Shown here one piece after another: positions 50,185 through 63,153 of a DNA stretch of 64,000 bases. Below the pieces are notes generated by a model. The model was not told where the DNA came from and made no database searches. It saw only the letters and a list, made by a program, of their open reading frames with translations. The position numbers and the translations under genes were made by a program. The DNA is taken from assembly GCF_001194135.2 (NCBI RefSeq), contig NC_068997.1:4892207-4956206 (forward strand), written 5' to 3'. Positions within the stretch are counted from its first letter, which is position 1; every line of letters begins with the position of its first letter. Origin of the DNA: Octopus bimaculoides. Taxonomy: Eukaryota.

Positions 50185-52245
50185 CTGGAATGTCGTTAAA
50201 GAAGGAAAGAAATTCATGACTCTACGATCATAAACCGAATACCCGAAATACTACACTACATGCCTTCTCTGCTCCAGGGAAAAACAACTGCAGTTTTAGA
50301 AGGTTGCACATGGGAGATCATTAGAGATTATGAAGGCTGGCATTTGTAGCAACTTTGAGGGTTTGAACAGTGTCTCTTCAAATGTAAACTTTCCTTATAT
50401 ATGTGCAATAAATACACACATATATAAACGTATATACACACACACTCAATGAAGTTTGATGGCACTAACTTTCTTCTGGCCTGAGTAGGCCAGAGTACTG
50501 TTGAGTTTGCAAGTGTTAATAAGTAGACATTATTTTCTGATCAAAACTGACCAAGAGTTAAACAACATTTATAAATAATGACAGATTCAAAATATCTTAC
50601 ATATTAAAACTGAAAATGTGTGTGTGTGTGTATGTATCGGTATGTCCCCGTTTTGTGCCAAAACAGCTCAACCGATTTTTCTTAAACTTCACATGCACAT
50701 TGCTTATGTGTCTGGGGAGGTTTTAAGTATAACGAGGAATAATATTTGGGTGTGGGTGAATAGATGGAGTAACTATAACTCTCATCTCAAGTTTGCATAT
50801 GCGTATGTGTGTTTGAAGGTATGTGAGCGAATGTTACTAATGGGCAAAAATAACACCCTCTTGCAGGTAAACGAAGTGAGGAACCATAGTTCGGCACGGG
50901 TAAACAGGGGGAGGAACCACAGTCTGGCGCAGGTAAACGGTGGGAGTAACTATGACTCTCAGCTTATGTTTGCATATGCATGAGTATGTAGGTGGGTGTG
51001 TGGGCGGATGTTAGAAATGGGCAACAATTACACCCTCTTGCAGGTAAACGGAGTGAGGAACCATATTTCGGCGCAGGTAAACGGCGAGTAGCCATAGCTC
51101 TCAGTTCAAGTTTGGGTATGTGTGTGTATGTAGGTGTTTGAGGGTGTGTAGGCGAATGTTACTAATGGTAAAAATTTCCACCACCTTGCAGGTAAATGGC
51201 ATGAGGAAGCGCATTACAGCGTGGGTAAACGGCGGGAGTAACTAGCAGTCCCAGGCCTAGAAGTCCACAATGGAGATCTAGATTGGATTTTGCCAAAGAG
51301 CCATTTTGGCTTCTAAAAACGTTGCAGCCAGTGCAATCAAGAACAGCCTCTTACTGCATTTGCCTGGGGATGTGAAAGTCTATAAATCAGTAGACACCAT
51401 TCCCAATCAGGATGAGGTTGTTGATTAACCCACTGAATTTTTGAATTCCTTGGAGCCTTCAGGTGTACCTCCACATATTCTTACTCTTAAAGTAGGTAGC
51501 CCTGTTATGCTGATAAGGAATTTAAATCCACCGACATTGTGCAACGGTACACGCCTTGTTATCACAAAATTACTTCCCAATGTCATTGAAGCAACGATGA
51601 TGGCCATCTGCGGTAAAGGTCAAGATGTCTTCATACCGCGAATACCCCTTCTGCCTTCGGCTGCTGACTTAACGTTCACATTCCGCAGAGTACAGTTTCC
51701 AATTCAACTCAGTTACATCATGTCCATTAATAAGTCCCAGGGGCAGTTGCTGTCTGTTATTGGACTTTACTTAGCCAAACCATACTTTTCACATGATCAA
51801 CTGTACGTTGGCTGCTCAAGAGTGGGTTATAGGAACAGTTTACATGCCTTCAACCCCCAGGGGAAAAGTAAAAATGTTGTTTATAAGGAAGTTTTGTAGA
51901 CTTGCTGTACTGACACCATATTTCAGTCCTACATTATTGCTGATACAATTTTTGTTGCTTTATTTTTTCACTTGATTGTTATCATAATATTACACATGCA
52001 GTTCCCTTTAAGAGTTACTTAGGTGTCAGTCTTGCCATAAAGTGTGAAAGGTGTTTAAGGGAGCGGGGGTGTTAATCACTTTATTAGTTTCAGAGCCTTT
52101 CCAAACTAACAAACCCAGGCAACGCCGGGTACGCCTGCTAGTAAAAATAACAGAAGAATATTGTAATAAACTTGAGATCATTAATTAAGGAGTATTAGAA
52201 GTAATAACATTTTTTTTCCGATAATATATTTTAAAAAAAGGATAC
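50185..52245 (-). other. U12-type (minor spliceosome) GT-AG intron of DRG2
   Basis: 5' site GTATCCTTTT; branch-like TTCTTTAAC at 50203-50195, ending 10 nt before the exon; no pyrimidine tract between branch point and AG. Confidence 0.88.
50595..52141 (+). mobile_element. Internally deleted Helitron carrying a Pif1-like helicase C-terminal fragment
   Basis: Termini A|TCTTAC...CTAG|T; subterminal hairpin ACCCAGGCAACGCCGGGT at 52113-52130; ORF 51441-51899 with [33 protein letters not shown] and [13 protein letters not shown]; upstream part has a stop and a frameshift. Confidence 0.92.
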
Positions 52246-52336
52246 TATATTCATGCAAAATTAATTGCACCATTTTTTCGTTGATTTTTGTTAGAGGCAC
52301 TGTAGAGTTGAAAGAAATACCACCACCTTTCTTTTG
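52246..52336 (-). CDS. DRG2: DRG2 exon (QKKGGGISFNSTVPLTKINEKMVQLILHEY)
   Basis: ttttcag| acceptor; donor A|gtatcctttt (U12 consensus); 91 nt, phase 0/1. Confidence 0.97.
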
Positions 52337-52991
52337 CTGAAAATATAATGGAAAACAAAAATTTAGCATATCGTCATTGTTTTAACATCTCCGCTTTTCC
52401 GTTTTAGCATGGATCAGACAGATTTCAGTGAGGCAGATTTTCTATGGCCAGATAACCTTCCGGTCATCAATATTCACTTATTTCCTTGCTCAAACATGTA
52501 CTTACAGAAGACCGACAACAAAGGAAACCAATTGCATGATGGCAACACTTGTTTACAACTATCACATGAAGTCAAAACAAAGAGACATAACACATAAATA
52601 TGAGGTCTGATTAATAAGTATCCGGACTGTTGCCATAGTAACAAAGTTAAAGCATGCAGTATGAAGCTGCTTGGCACAGATTGATCTTGAACTCTGCTGT
52701 GCATGCACACTAAGGACCAAAATCGTGTTACACGGTGTAATTGACTGTGAAGAAAAATAACTAAACATTGCAAGATATTTCCCACTGTGCCCCACTGATT
52801 CTATCACCCACTTCACGTGTAATCAATAAAATACTGATGATGGTGATGATGATGATTGCATCAATAGGCACTATGTCTCTAATCTATCAGTAAACTGTAG
52901 CTCATCTATTGTGACATTAATGAGTCTTTCAAGAAATACTAAAGAAACAAAGAATTCAGCACAACAGAGAAAATGGTAATGTGGCACTTAC

Positions 52992-53064
52992 TTTGAAATA
53001 TATATTAGGTTTCTTTCGGTTCAATCGGATTCCTACAGACTCAAGTTCATTTTCTAGAAGTTCC
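52992..53064 (-). CDS. DRG2: DRG2 exon (ELLENELESVGIRLNRKKPNIYFK)
   Basis: ttttatgcag| and |gtaagt boundaries, 73 nt, phase 2/0. Confidence 0.97.
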
Positions 53065-54189
53065 CTGCATAAAAACAAATTAACATATACATGAAAAAAG
53101 TAGTCATTAGAAATGGTGGAAGAAGAGGTGGAAGGAAATAAAGAGAAGGTGGGATGAGGAGGAAGGTGGCGATGGTGATGGTGATGACAATGAGGATGAT
53201 GATGATGATGCTGTTTTCACATACATTTCACATACTCATTTATTTTTGTTTCATTTGTCATGAAAAACAAGCACATGGCACTGAAAACATGTAGTGCTTC
53301 TAATCTTCATATTTACATGTATAATCAATATTTAGTTGTGTCAAAGGATCAATGAAAAGATGGCAGTTCATGCATGGTCATGTGAAAAGAGTCAATGAAA
53401 AGCTGACATTTCAGGTCTGCTGTGTGGTGTTATGTGGGTTAATAATGAAACAGTACCAAGAGATGTACATATAGACACAAATGCATATTATAGGTAGTAA
53501 TATGACAAGACAAGGGAATAAAATAGCAAAGAAGATATGAAGATATAGCAAAATGAATCTTGTTAAAGTTTTAATGCTAAACCATACATGTGAAGAAGGT
53601 GAAAGAGAACAGACATATACAGGAAATAAGAAGGATAATAGATAGATCACATGTATATATGTTGTATTGATTGTGTAGGTTGTTGGTTGGTCGTTTGGTC
53701 AGTTGCTTGCTTGCTTGATGGATGGATGGTGTGTCTATGTAAAGGTTATTCTGGAAAAATTGCCTATCTCCTATTTATCCCTCCCTCACACTTCTCTCTC
53801 TGTATGTGTCTACCTGCCTCTATCTCTCCTCTTTATATGTACAATTTAACATTAAAACTTACTTTGTCGTAACTACATTTACATACAAACATCTAATACA
53901 CACAATACAAACATGTTATTTGAAGTATTGGCTTCAAAGTGTGGCACATGGCCAGTAATTTCGAGGGAGGAGTAAATCAATTATATTGATCCCCGTGTTC
54001 CCTTGGTACTTATTTTATCAACTCCGAAAGGATGAAAGGTAAAGTCAACCTTGGTGGAATTTGAACTCAGACCATGAAAACTGACAAAATGCTGCTTAGC
54101 ATTTTGCCCACATGCTAACAATTCTGCCAGCTCACTGCCTTATGTAGTTTGAAATATACCAACAAATTACACACACATATAATTTTTAC

Positions 54190-54280
54190 CTTTGAATATC
54201 TCCTTTGGTAGCATCCAACATTATGACAACAAGATCTGCTGTCCTGGCAACAGCAATTACCTGTCGACCTCGACCTCTAC
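54190..54280 (-). CDS. DRG2: DRG2 exon ([31 protein letters not shown])
   Basis: cctatgcag| and AG|gtaaaa boundaries, 91 nt, phase 1/2. Confidence 0.97.
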
Positions 54281-55103
54281 CTGCATAGGTGACACACAAG
54301 CAGAAACAAAAATAATGAATTAATTTACATTAAAAACTAATTTACACACACACAAAAACATACACATATAGAGGTCACGAATATATAACATTATAGTTAA
54401 TCACCAATTGATTGATACTTTTGTTGATTAGAAATAATCAAATGCAAAAAGAAACCTGATGTCTGTGACACAATAGGAAATATCAATTAAAAATAATTAT
54501 TATTTAGCATTTAAACTGGCCATATCCGGCTGAGATAATCTATCTGTTTTATGCTCAAACTGCCCAACTCTGCTGGAGCATCACCTTTTAGTCAAACAAA
54601 TCGACTCCAGAACTTATTCTTTGTAAGCCCGGTACTTATTCTAAGAGTCACTTTTGCCAAACTGCTAAACACACCAACATCGGTTAACATCGGTGGAGTA
54701 CAAACACAGACACTCAAATATATATATATATATATATATTCACGGGCTTCTTTCAGTTTCCATCTACCAAATCCATTCATGAGGCTTTGGTTGGGGACAT
54801 GTGCACTAGTCTCTCTTCCCTGAATAAACCATGAAAAATATTAATTATCTCTCTCCTACTGATTTCATCAATTCTACCAGCCCTGCCACCGTAAGCTTAA
54901 AATCAGTGGCTAACCTCAATCAAACCTATTCAGAGTCAAAACAAAAATTTCTACATCCTCTCACAGACCATAATTTCTCTAGCAGTACCACAATTGATAA
55001 CAAAGATGTGACAATATACCAGCATATCCTCTCACAGACTACATTTTTTTACTAGTGGTACCACAAATGGTCAAGCAAACACAGCAACAAAACAACAACA
55101 TAC

Positions 55104-55164
55104 CTTGTGCGGCTCCTTCAATAATACCAGGTAAATCTAAAAGTTGGATATTTGCTCCATTGTA
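55104..55164 (-). CDS. DRG2: DRG2 exon (YNGANIQLLDLPGIIEGAAQ; G3)
   Basis: ttttcag| and G|gtatgt boundaries, 61 nt; DLPGIIEGA motif. Confidence 0.97.
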
Positions 55165-56558
55165 CTGAAAATAAAGAGTTTTACAATTTAATGCACCAAC
55201 TTAGACATTACAGCTTATATTGCTTGAAGCGTTACATTGTGGAAATTTGGCAGGAAAAGTAAAACACCTGAATGAAGAAGATACAAAGGAATCTCTATAA
55301 AGTCATTCGACCTGCTAGAAATAACAGTCAAATCTCTCTCAAGTTTAGGTTTATCTTCTTAAATAAGGATGCATTGGATAATGTAGGCCCAGAAATATTG
55401 TCTGAATAACAGATGTGATGATCTTTACTGGAATACCTTTGATTTTAGGTCTGCTGAATTAAGACTCACTTGGGGTTAAACAATATATTTGGTTTCAATC
55501 CTGTTAAAACACATTCCATACCTGTGCAGGTGGGACAAGTATTTGTAGCAGAATGACAGTTTTTACACTTGATTGCTGTTCCTACTTCTAATCAATCATC
55601 TGTAACCAGAAAAGGTCAGTGCTGCTCTACACACTGAGGCAAACAAGGCAATAGCTCAGAGCAGTTAAATCTGAGGGGTACCACACAAATTCTGAACAAC
55701 TTATACAAAATTTCTTCAGGCATGATTATGTGGTAAGAAGCTTGCTTCCCAACCACATGGTTCTGGGTTCAGTCCCACTGTGTGGCACTTTAGGCATGTG
55801 TCTTCTACAATAGCCTTGGGGTGACCAAAGCCTTGTGAGTGGATCTGGTAGACGGAAACTGCAAGAAACCCATCGTATATATGTATTAAATGATGATGAT
55901 GATGATGATGTGCCTTTGTATCTAAGTTTGTCCCCCCACCCACTGCTTGGCAACCAGTGCTGGTATCTTTATGCCCCTGTAACTTAATGGTTTGGCAAAA
56001 GAGACATAGATGAAGTACCAGGCTGAAAAAGAAAATAAGCATGGCCAGTCTAATGACTGAAACAAGTAAAAGATAAAATTGTAAACTTAGTAACTGAGAA
56101 GGCAGGTAAGGTGGAACCAAGGAAGAAAGAGTAGAGGGTGAGGTACAGTGGTGGGCGTGCAACAAAGAAAACTAGGGGGGCCTTGAACTGTGATGAGCTG
56201 TCACATTATTTGCCATGAAACATTTCAAATTTCATCAGAGAACACATTTTCTCATTGACATGATGAGAGTTCCACAACTTTTGCTGAATAACCTGCATAG
56301 ATGATTTGTTTATAGTGATCAAACGTCTGTGTTGCACATTAGCTTACACGCTCCATCAAATCAACAATGTCAGTATAGGTGCATGCTGTGCTACATGCCA
56401 GACATCAAGTTATCTCGTTAATATACATTTGTAAGTTGGTTTAAAGAGGATGATGGCTGGAGGAATTTGTAGAAAAAATATTGGAAAAGGAGGTATACAT
56501 TTTAGGACCAGCCTAGACCTCTGAATACTTTGGCACCAGACTTTACCATAATCTAGAG

Positions 56559-56797
56559 CAGTGGTTCTCAACCAGGATCCATACAAGATTTTGCTTTTAA
56601 AATTTATCGGTAATAAATTGGTTATATATTTCTACAATACACAAAATATTTTAACAATTTCTTTTTATACAATTCCTAATAATATTCAATTATAAAAATA
56701 TATAATTTTTCTTTAAACATTGAATGGCTATAGGGGTCCAGCCAAGTAAAATAAGAATCAAAAGGGTCCACAGGCAAAAAATGGCTGAGAAACACTG
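56559..56797. mobile_element. hAT (Charlie-like) MITE
   Basis: TIRs CAGTGGTTCTCAAC and GCTGAGAAACACTG; 8-bp TSD ATCTAGAG/ACCTAGAG fits the NTCTAGAN preference. Confidence 0.8.
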
Positions 56798-57390
56798 ACC
56801 TAGAGAAATTAACCTCTTTTTATCGTTGGTTACACAAACTAAAATAAGCAGAGATGTGTGTTTTGCTCAAATACAATACAGTGGTTTTTCCACCCAGCAC
56901 TCATTATCCATATCAGAGGAATGCTTGGTCAGCCTGTTGTTTAGCCCTAGGCCAGTTGCGATCTGCAGATCTTAACTCAGAGATGTTTTAATTCTGACCT
57001 TGTTTTTTCAAACATAATACATCTAAGACTGCATTATCTTAAAAATGTTGTAGGCAAGAGAATTAACAGAAAGGACAAAAATGCATTACAATACATTTGT
57101 TGTTAGCCCATTAAGGATCTAAATTATGGTTAAGGGTTGCTTGGAAAGTTACTCAAGTAGACAAACAGTCTTTCCAACAATGGGAAGGGGCAAGCTCTTG
57201 CTTGTATCCTCTGATGTACTAAAACTAGAATCATATCACTGGTAGGTCTGAGCATTTTGTGAAAAGGCCAGCACTGACTAGCATCAATACTGGCTCAACA
57301 AGTTGATGTGTTATGAGACATTAGTAAAATGTGCTAAGGAAGGACAGAAATAAACTGATTGTGGGTTGTCAAAAGATATGTTTAACTTAC

Positions 57391-57480
57391 CTCAATAACA
57401 CCAGGAATACATGTCAATGTGGTGAATTCATAGGAAGCAGATTCACTGTGAGTTTTGGTTAAAATATTTAGAATTGTTGA
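57391..57480 (-). CDS. DRG2: DRG2 exon (STILNILTKTHSESASYEFTTLTCIPGVIE; switch I)
   Basis: ctcatccag| and |gtaagt boundaries, 90 nt; YEFTTLT motif. Confidence 0.97.
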
Positions 57481-58107
57481 CTGGATGAGAGGTTAAAAAA
57501 AAAAAAAGAATCAAATGCAAGAGTTATCACAGGAAGAACAAACAACAATGTTAATGGTTTCAAATTTTTGACAAAGTCAGCAATTTTTTGGGGAGAAAGG
57601 GATAAATTGATTACATCAAACCCAGTGTTTGACCGGTATTTATTTCACTGACCCCAAAAGGATGAAAGCAAAGTTGACCTTGGTGGAATTTGAAGTCAGA
57701 ATGTAGAGACAGACAAAATGCTGCCAAGAATTCTGTCCGGCATGTTGACAACTTTGCCAGCTTGCCACCTTAATAATAATAATAATGATTTAAAATTTTG
57801 GCACAAGGCCAGCAATTTCAAGGGAAGGAGATTAAGTCGATCACATCAATCCCAATGTTCAACTTGTACTTATTTTATCAACCACGAAAGAATGAAAGGT
57901 AAATAATAATAATTATAGTAATAATAATCCTTTCTACTAAAGGCACAAGGCCTGAAATTTGGGAGAAAGGGACTAGTTGATTAATTGATCCCGAAAGGAT
58001 GAAAGGCAAAGTTGATCTCAGCAGAATTTGAACTCAGAACATAAGGACGGGAAAAATGTTGCTAAGCATTTTGCCTAGTGTGCTAACAATTCTATCACCT
58101 CACTGCC

Positions 58108-58149
<42 letters not shown>

Positions 58150-59163
58150 GAAATACCAACTGAGATGAAGTGATATAAACATTCAGTACACCCACAACTG
58201 TGGCAAGCTGTGAAAGGGAGAGTAAGTCACCCCTTCCATCCGTAGACTGGGGTGACACTTTGGGCAAGTGCTAGCAACCCCTTAGCCTCCCATCTCAGGA
58301 TACAATGAAGGTGTTGGTAGCAAGAAATTGGATAACTGACACAGCGGAGGAAACCTAGACCAACTGTTTGAAGGTTATTGCAATAAAGCAGAAGATAAGT
58401 ACATCCAGTCATCTTGTGTGGGGCCTACTGTGAGGCCTCTTCCAGTCTGCAGCTGCTGCATCGAATGAGGGTAAAAGCCCCGGTAGGGTAAGCTAGCTGT
58501 GGCAAAAGAAATTGGATGGTGATCAAAATTAAAAGAAAGACTGGAAATAGATTCTTTCCTCTTTGACTGAGACATTATCAACTTCTTCAAGTTCTATTTG
58601 GAGAGGATGGCAAAGGTGGAGTTGTAGGAACTACCCTACAGTAAATTTACTGAAATTTGAGAGTAGGAAGTATGGTCAATATCAACATTACTATACAAAT
58701 ATCTCTATCAGAAATCCCAACAAAGCTACCTTTTAATTTTTACTTGTTTCAGTCATGGCACTGAGGCCATGCTTGGGCATTGCATTGAAGGGTTTAGTCA
58801 AATAAACTGACCCCCAGTACTTATTTTCTAACTTGGGTACTTATTCTGACAGCCTCTTTTGAGAAACCACTAAGTGATGGGGATGTAAACAAAGCAATAG
58901 TCAAGTGGTAGGTGGAGGGACAAACACAAACACACACATGCACACACACAACGGGCTTCTACAGTCTCTGTCAACCAAATTCATTCACATTGGTTAGCCT
59001 GGCTCTATAGTGGACACTTGTCCAGGGTGCTGCACAGTGGGAATGAACCGAAAACCTTGTGATTTCCATGCAAGCTTCTTAACTACGCAATCATACATGT
59101 CCCTAGGAGAACACTTAATAATCAACAATCAATCAAATAGCATTAAAAAAGTTTTGAAGTTAC

Positions 59164-59235
59164 CTTTCCAACTGATGGGAAACCTATGAGGGCAATCCGA
59201 GCATCACCTGATTTCATAACATCAAAACCTTCACC
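59164..59235 (-). CDS. DRG2: DRG2 exon ([24 protein letters not shown]; G1/P-loop)
   Basis: ttttcag| and |gtaact boundaries, 72 nt, phase 0/0; [15 protein letters not shown] motif. Confidence 0.97.
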
Positions 59236-59968
59236 CTGAAAAATAATAATAATGATGATGATGATAATCCTTTCTGTTATAGGTGCAAGGCCTGAACTTT
59301 CAGGGGAGGGGACTAGTTGATTACATCGACCCCAGAGTTTCACTGGTACTTAATTTATCAACCCTGAAAGGATGAAAGACAAAGTCGACCTGGGCAGAAT
59401 TTGAGCACAGAATGTAAAGATGGACAACATGCTACTAAGCATTTTGCCATGTGTGCAAATGATTCTACAATAATAATAATAATTCTTTCTACTTTAAGCA
59501 CAAAGCCTGAAATTTGGTGGGTGGGGAAGGGGTAGTCAATTACATTGACCCCAGTAATTGATTAGTACTTATTTTATCAGCCCCCAAAAAAATGAAAGGC
59601 AAAATTGACTTCAGTAAATAATAATAATAAGCTATGAGATAAAAACATATTAACCTGACATTACTGGCCAACACCAGGAAAAGTAATTTCTCCTAATTGA
59701 TGTCCCAATTCCAACAAAAAATATTTCTTTAAAAATAAAGAAACTATTTAAGTAAAAAATATCTAGAAACAGACATAATCAGAATATGGGGATTAGAAAC
59801 AGAAACAAACTCTGTTTTGGGAATGATTAAAATAAAATACAGACAAATACATAACCAAAACCAAAGGTCTTCTACATAAATATATATATATATATATACA
59901 TATATATACATATATATATATATAATCATCAGCATCATCATCATTTAACATCCGGTTTCCATGCTGGA

Positions 59969-60019
<51 letters not shown>

Positions 60020-60934
60020 TATATATAAATGTATGTGTATTTTTTCAATTTGTACAAATAACACGGAAAAAATAAATAGTTACCAGGGTAGTAAAAATTC
60101 ACATAAGTGCCAAGCTTGTTACAGCTTACTTATAAAGGTAGAAATTTCAGGGTTTAGTGAAATGTTTTTGATTAATATAGATAAATTAAGAAATGGAGTT
60201 AAAAGCAGGTGTTATTCACATCTTTATACTTCCAGCATGTTTCGTAGAAAATATTGATCTTATTCCGGAGGGAATAAAACGATGTAAAACAATGCAGTCA
60301 TCTCGTCAGGAAAAAAAAGAGAAACAACACAGATCAATAAACCATTTTAACCAAATGTGATTACTGCATATATGATGAAGGGGAATGCTGGCAAGTTATT
60401 TTTTTAAAAACCATTAATAGATTTAACATCAAAGGCAATTTAGAGAAAGAGAAGGAGGAGAAAGAAAGAAATTAACAGAAAATTAAATGTGGAGAAATGT
60501 AGTGCAATAGTGCAAAATCAGCAACTCAGTTTTTGAATCCTTAAAAAACATACGCACGCACACGCAAACTCTCTTTTATACATATAGATGATAAGCAGCT
60601 TTCTTTATTAGAGTACAGATGTGAATAATTCAGAGAAACATTACTTTCATTATTCACACATTGCCACTCTCATAATGCAACACTTAGTAATTTGGGTTCA
60701 AATTGAAAGTGTGAAACTATTTTCACTTTCTAATGAAACCTGGTCGTTGTAGAGCAGTGTCTCTCAAATAACTATAGCTGGCTAGTTGTTGAGATAATGT
60801 AGAAAATATGTAAATGAAAATAAAGTTGATTTGGTAGCCGAAAGATTACTGAATCTTTTGATACCTCATACATCAAAATCAGCAACTCGGTTTTCAAATG
60901 CACAAGGAACATATGCACACACAGACACAAACTT

Positions 60935-60989
<55 letters not shown>

Positions 60990-62149
60990 TACACATACAT
61001 AAATATGCATGCACACACACACAGACATACACACACATATATACATACATATACATGCATTATAACTGAAAGTCTGCAATTACCAGTACTCCAAGTTTCT
61101 CGTTTCTGATTATCAGCTGGTAAACCAAGCCTGGTTTTCTTTTGAATATTCACTGCCAATGTTCATATGGTTTTTTCATTAGACAAGTCCTCATGAATTC
61201 AAAATTACCTAGTCTGTTGTAGATATGTGCAACTTTATGGGAATGGTAGCTTCAGGTCAAAGATGCAGTGTGACCTTTGTTTGAGCGCAAAACTGAGAAT
61301 TTTAGTTCAAGGCACCAATAGTTTGAATGAAAGAAACAAACTGTTAATGCACGTAGTTAAGAATTTTTCATCCAAAAAAAACCTCATTGAATTTTGTTCT
61401 GGTTCAGAGGGGGAAAAAATGTTGATTTTCAAAATATTTAATAAATTTTATTGATATATATATTTAATATGTATATGAGTGTGCATGTCTATATGTGAGT
61501 ATGTGTATGTGTCTATATGTGAGTATATATATATGTGTGTGTGTTTATGTAAAAACAAAGATCATCATCCTTGACCTTGAGGGCAGCCACAGCAACGATG
61601 ACATGAATACATAATTCTGTTCATATATGTGTGTCTATGAATGTACATATGTCTATATGTATGCATCTGTACAGGTGCATGCAAAATAAACACCCATATG
61701 CACACTCATTGTTTTTAAAAACATTAATTAAAACTATTATTTTGGAACATTGTTTAAACAGCAATGCACTTTCATGACTTCAATTGTATGGAGTTTGTGA
61801 CGTTTATAATAACATTACCACAAGAAAAAGAAATCAAATCAAAAATGTGAGCTTGAAGCAGCCATTTTCACACATGCTGTTCACAAAGGTTTCTAAATGG
61901 AAGAACATAACAATAAGCATTTCCTTCAAACTTTCATCTCAGATAGTGAATATTCAAAAGAAAACAGGCTCGGTTTACCAGCTGATGATCAGAAATGAGC
62001 AACTTGGAGTACTGAAAATCAAAGTGTTTCAGCTGTAATGTATTAAAGAAAACTCTACATTTGTATTGAGTTGTGTAATTTATTGCTTCTCATGAATCAG
62101 TAGAGATTTATGTATATATCTTAAGCAATGAACACAAAAAGAACACAGG

Positions 62150-62630
62150 AGGAACAAGTTTTAACATGTATTAGTTTAATGCTTGGAAGAGGGAGACCAA
62201 AGAAGACATGGGACAAAGGACACTGAACTTTACAGAGGAGATGACAAAGGACTGAAATATCTGGCACCTTACTATACTCAAGGAGACTGATACTCCACAG
62301 CAGAAGTGTAAATACCTTCCTCTTGCTGAAAAGGATTGGCCTGCAAGACCTCTGTGCTGGAACTATGTAAAAAGTACCAGTGCTGGCACAATGTAGAAAG
62401 CACCCGTGCTGGTGCCATGTAGTAGCATCCATGTTGGCATTACATAAAAGCACCTGTGCTAGTGCCATGTAGAAAGCACACTCTAGAGAGTGGTTGGCAT
62501 TAGGAAGGGCACCTAGGCATACAAAGCAAGCCAAATCAGACTGGAAACTAGTGCAGCTCCCTGCTTGCCAGTTCTGGTCAAATTGTCCAACCCATGCCAG
62601 CATGGAAAACAGATGTTAAAGGACTATGAT
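62150..62630 (+). mobile_element. RTE LINE C-terminus plus 3' tail
   Basis: GRGRPKKTW, EEMTKD*NIW, then AGGAAGGGCA...CCAACCCATGCCAGCATGGAAAACAGATGTTAAA. Confidence 0.7.
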
Positions 62631-63153
62631 GATATATATATATATATACATATATATATAGCAAATACATATCATCCAGAAGCTAACACCATAATGCATT
62701 GTGTGTGTATACATATACATATACATATATATATGTGTGTGTGTGTGTATTACGTAGAGTATAGAGGCATGGCTGTCTGGTAAAGAGGTTCACTTAACAG
62801 CCACATGATTTCAGATTCAGTTCCATTGTGCATCACATGGATGAGTGTCTTTCTACTTCAGCCCCATGCCACCCAAGGTCTTGGGTGTGAAGTTGGTACA
62901 TGGAAACTGCAAGCACACACACACACATACACATATATAAGCTCATATATGTATGTGGGCTTGTCTGAGAAAATATCACTGAAACTGCTAGAAATAGCAG
63001 CCATATATCACCTTAATATATATTAGAAAAAAATGATAGTGAACAATGAATTTTCTGTCTTTGATCATTGGTCTGCTTAATCAGGGCCGACCTGGAGCTA
63101 CAATAACAAGTAATGAACACTAATTAGGAAAGAAAAGAAACATTATTTCTTAC

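Noticed and set aside
50927-50960. rRNA gene call for the 28S-matching motifs
   Set aside because: Only 27-34 nt pieces inside a Helitron, with no flanking rRNA sequence; reported as a finding instead
50754-51244. CRISPR-like repeat-spacer appearance
   Set aside because: Eukaryotic context, degenerate repeats, and spacers homologous to each other rather than unique
58230-58600. GC-richer block resembling a LINE 5' region
   Set aside because: No coding motif I could confirm; left unannotated
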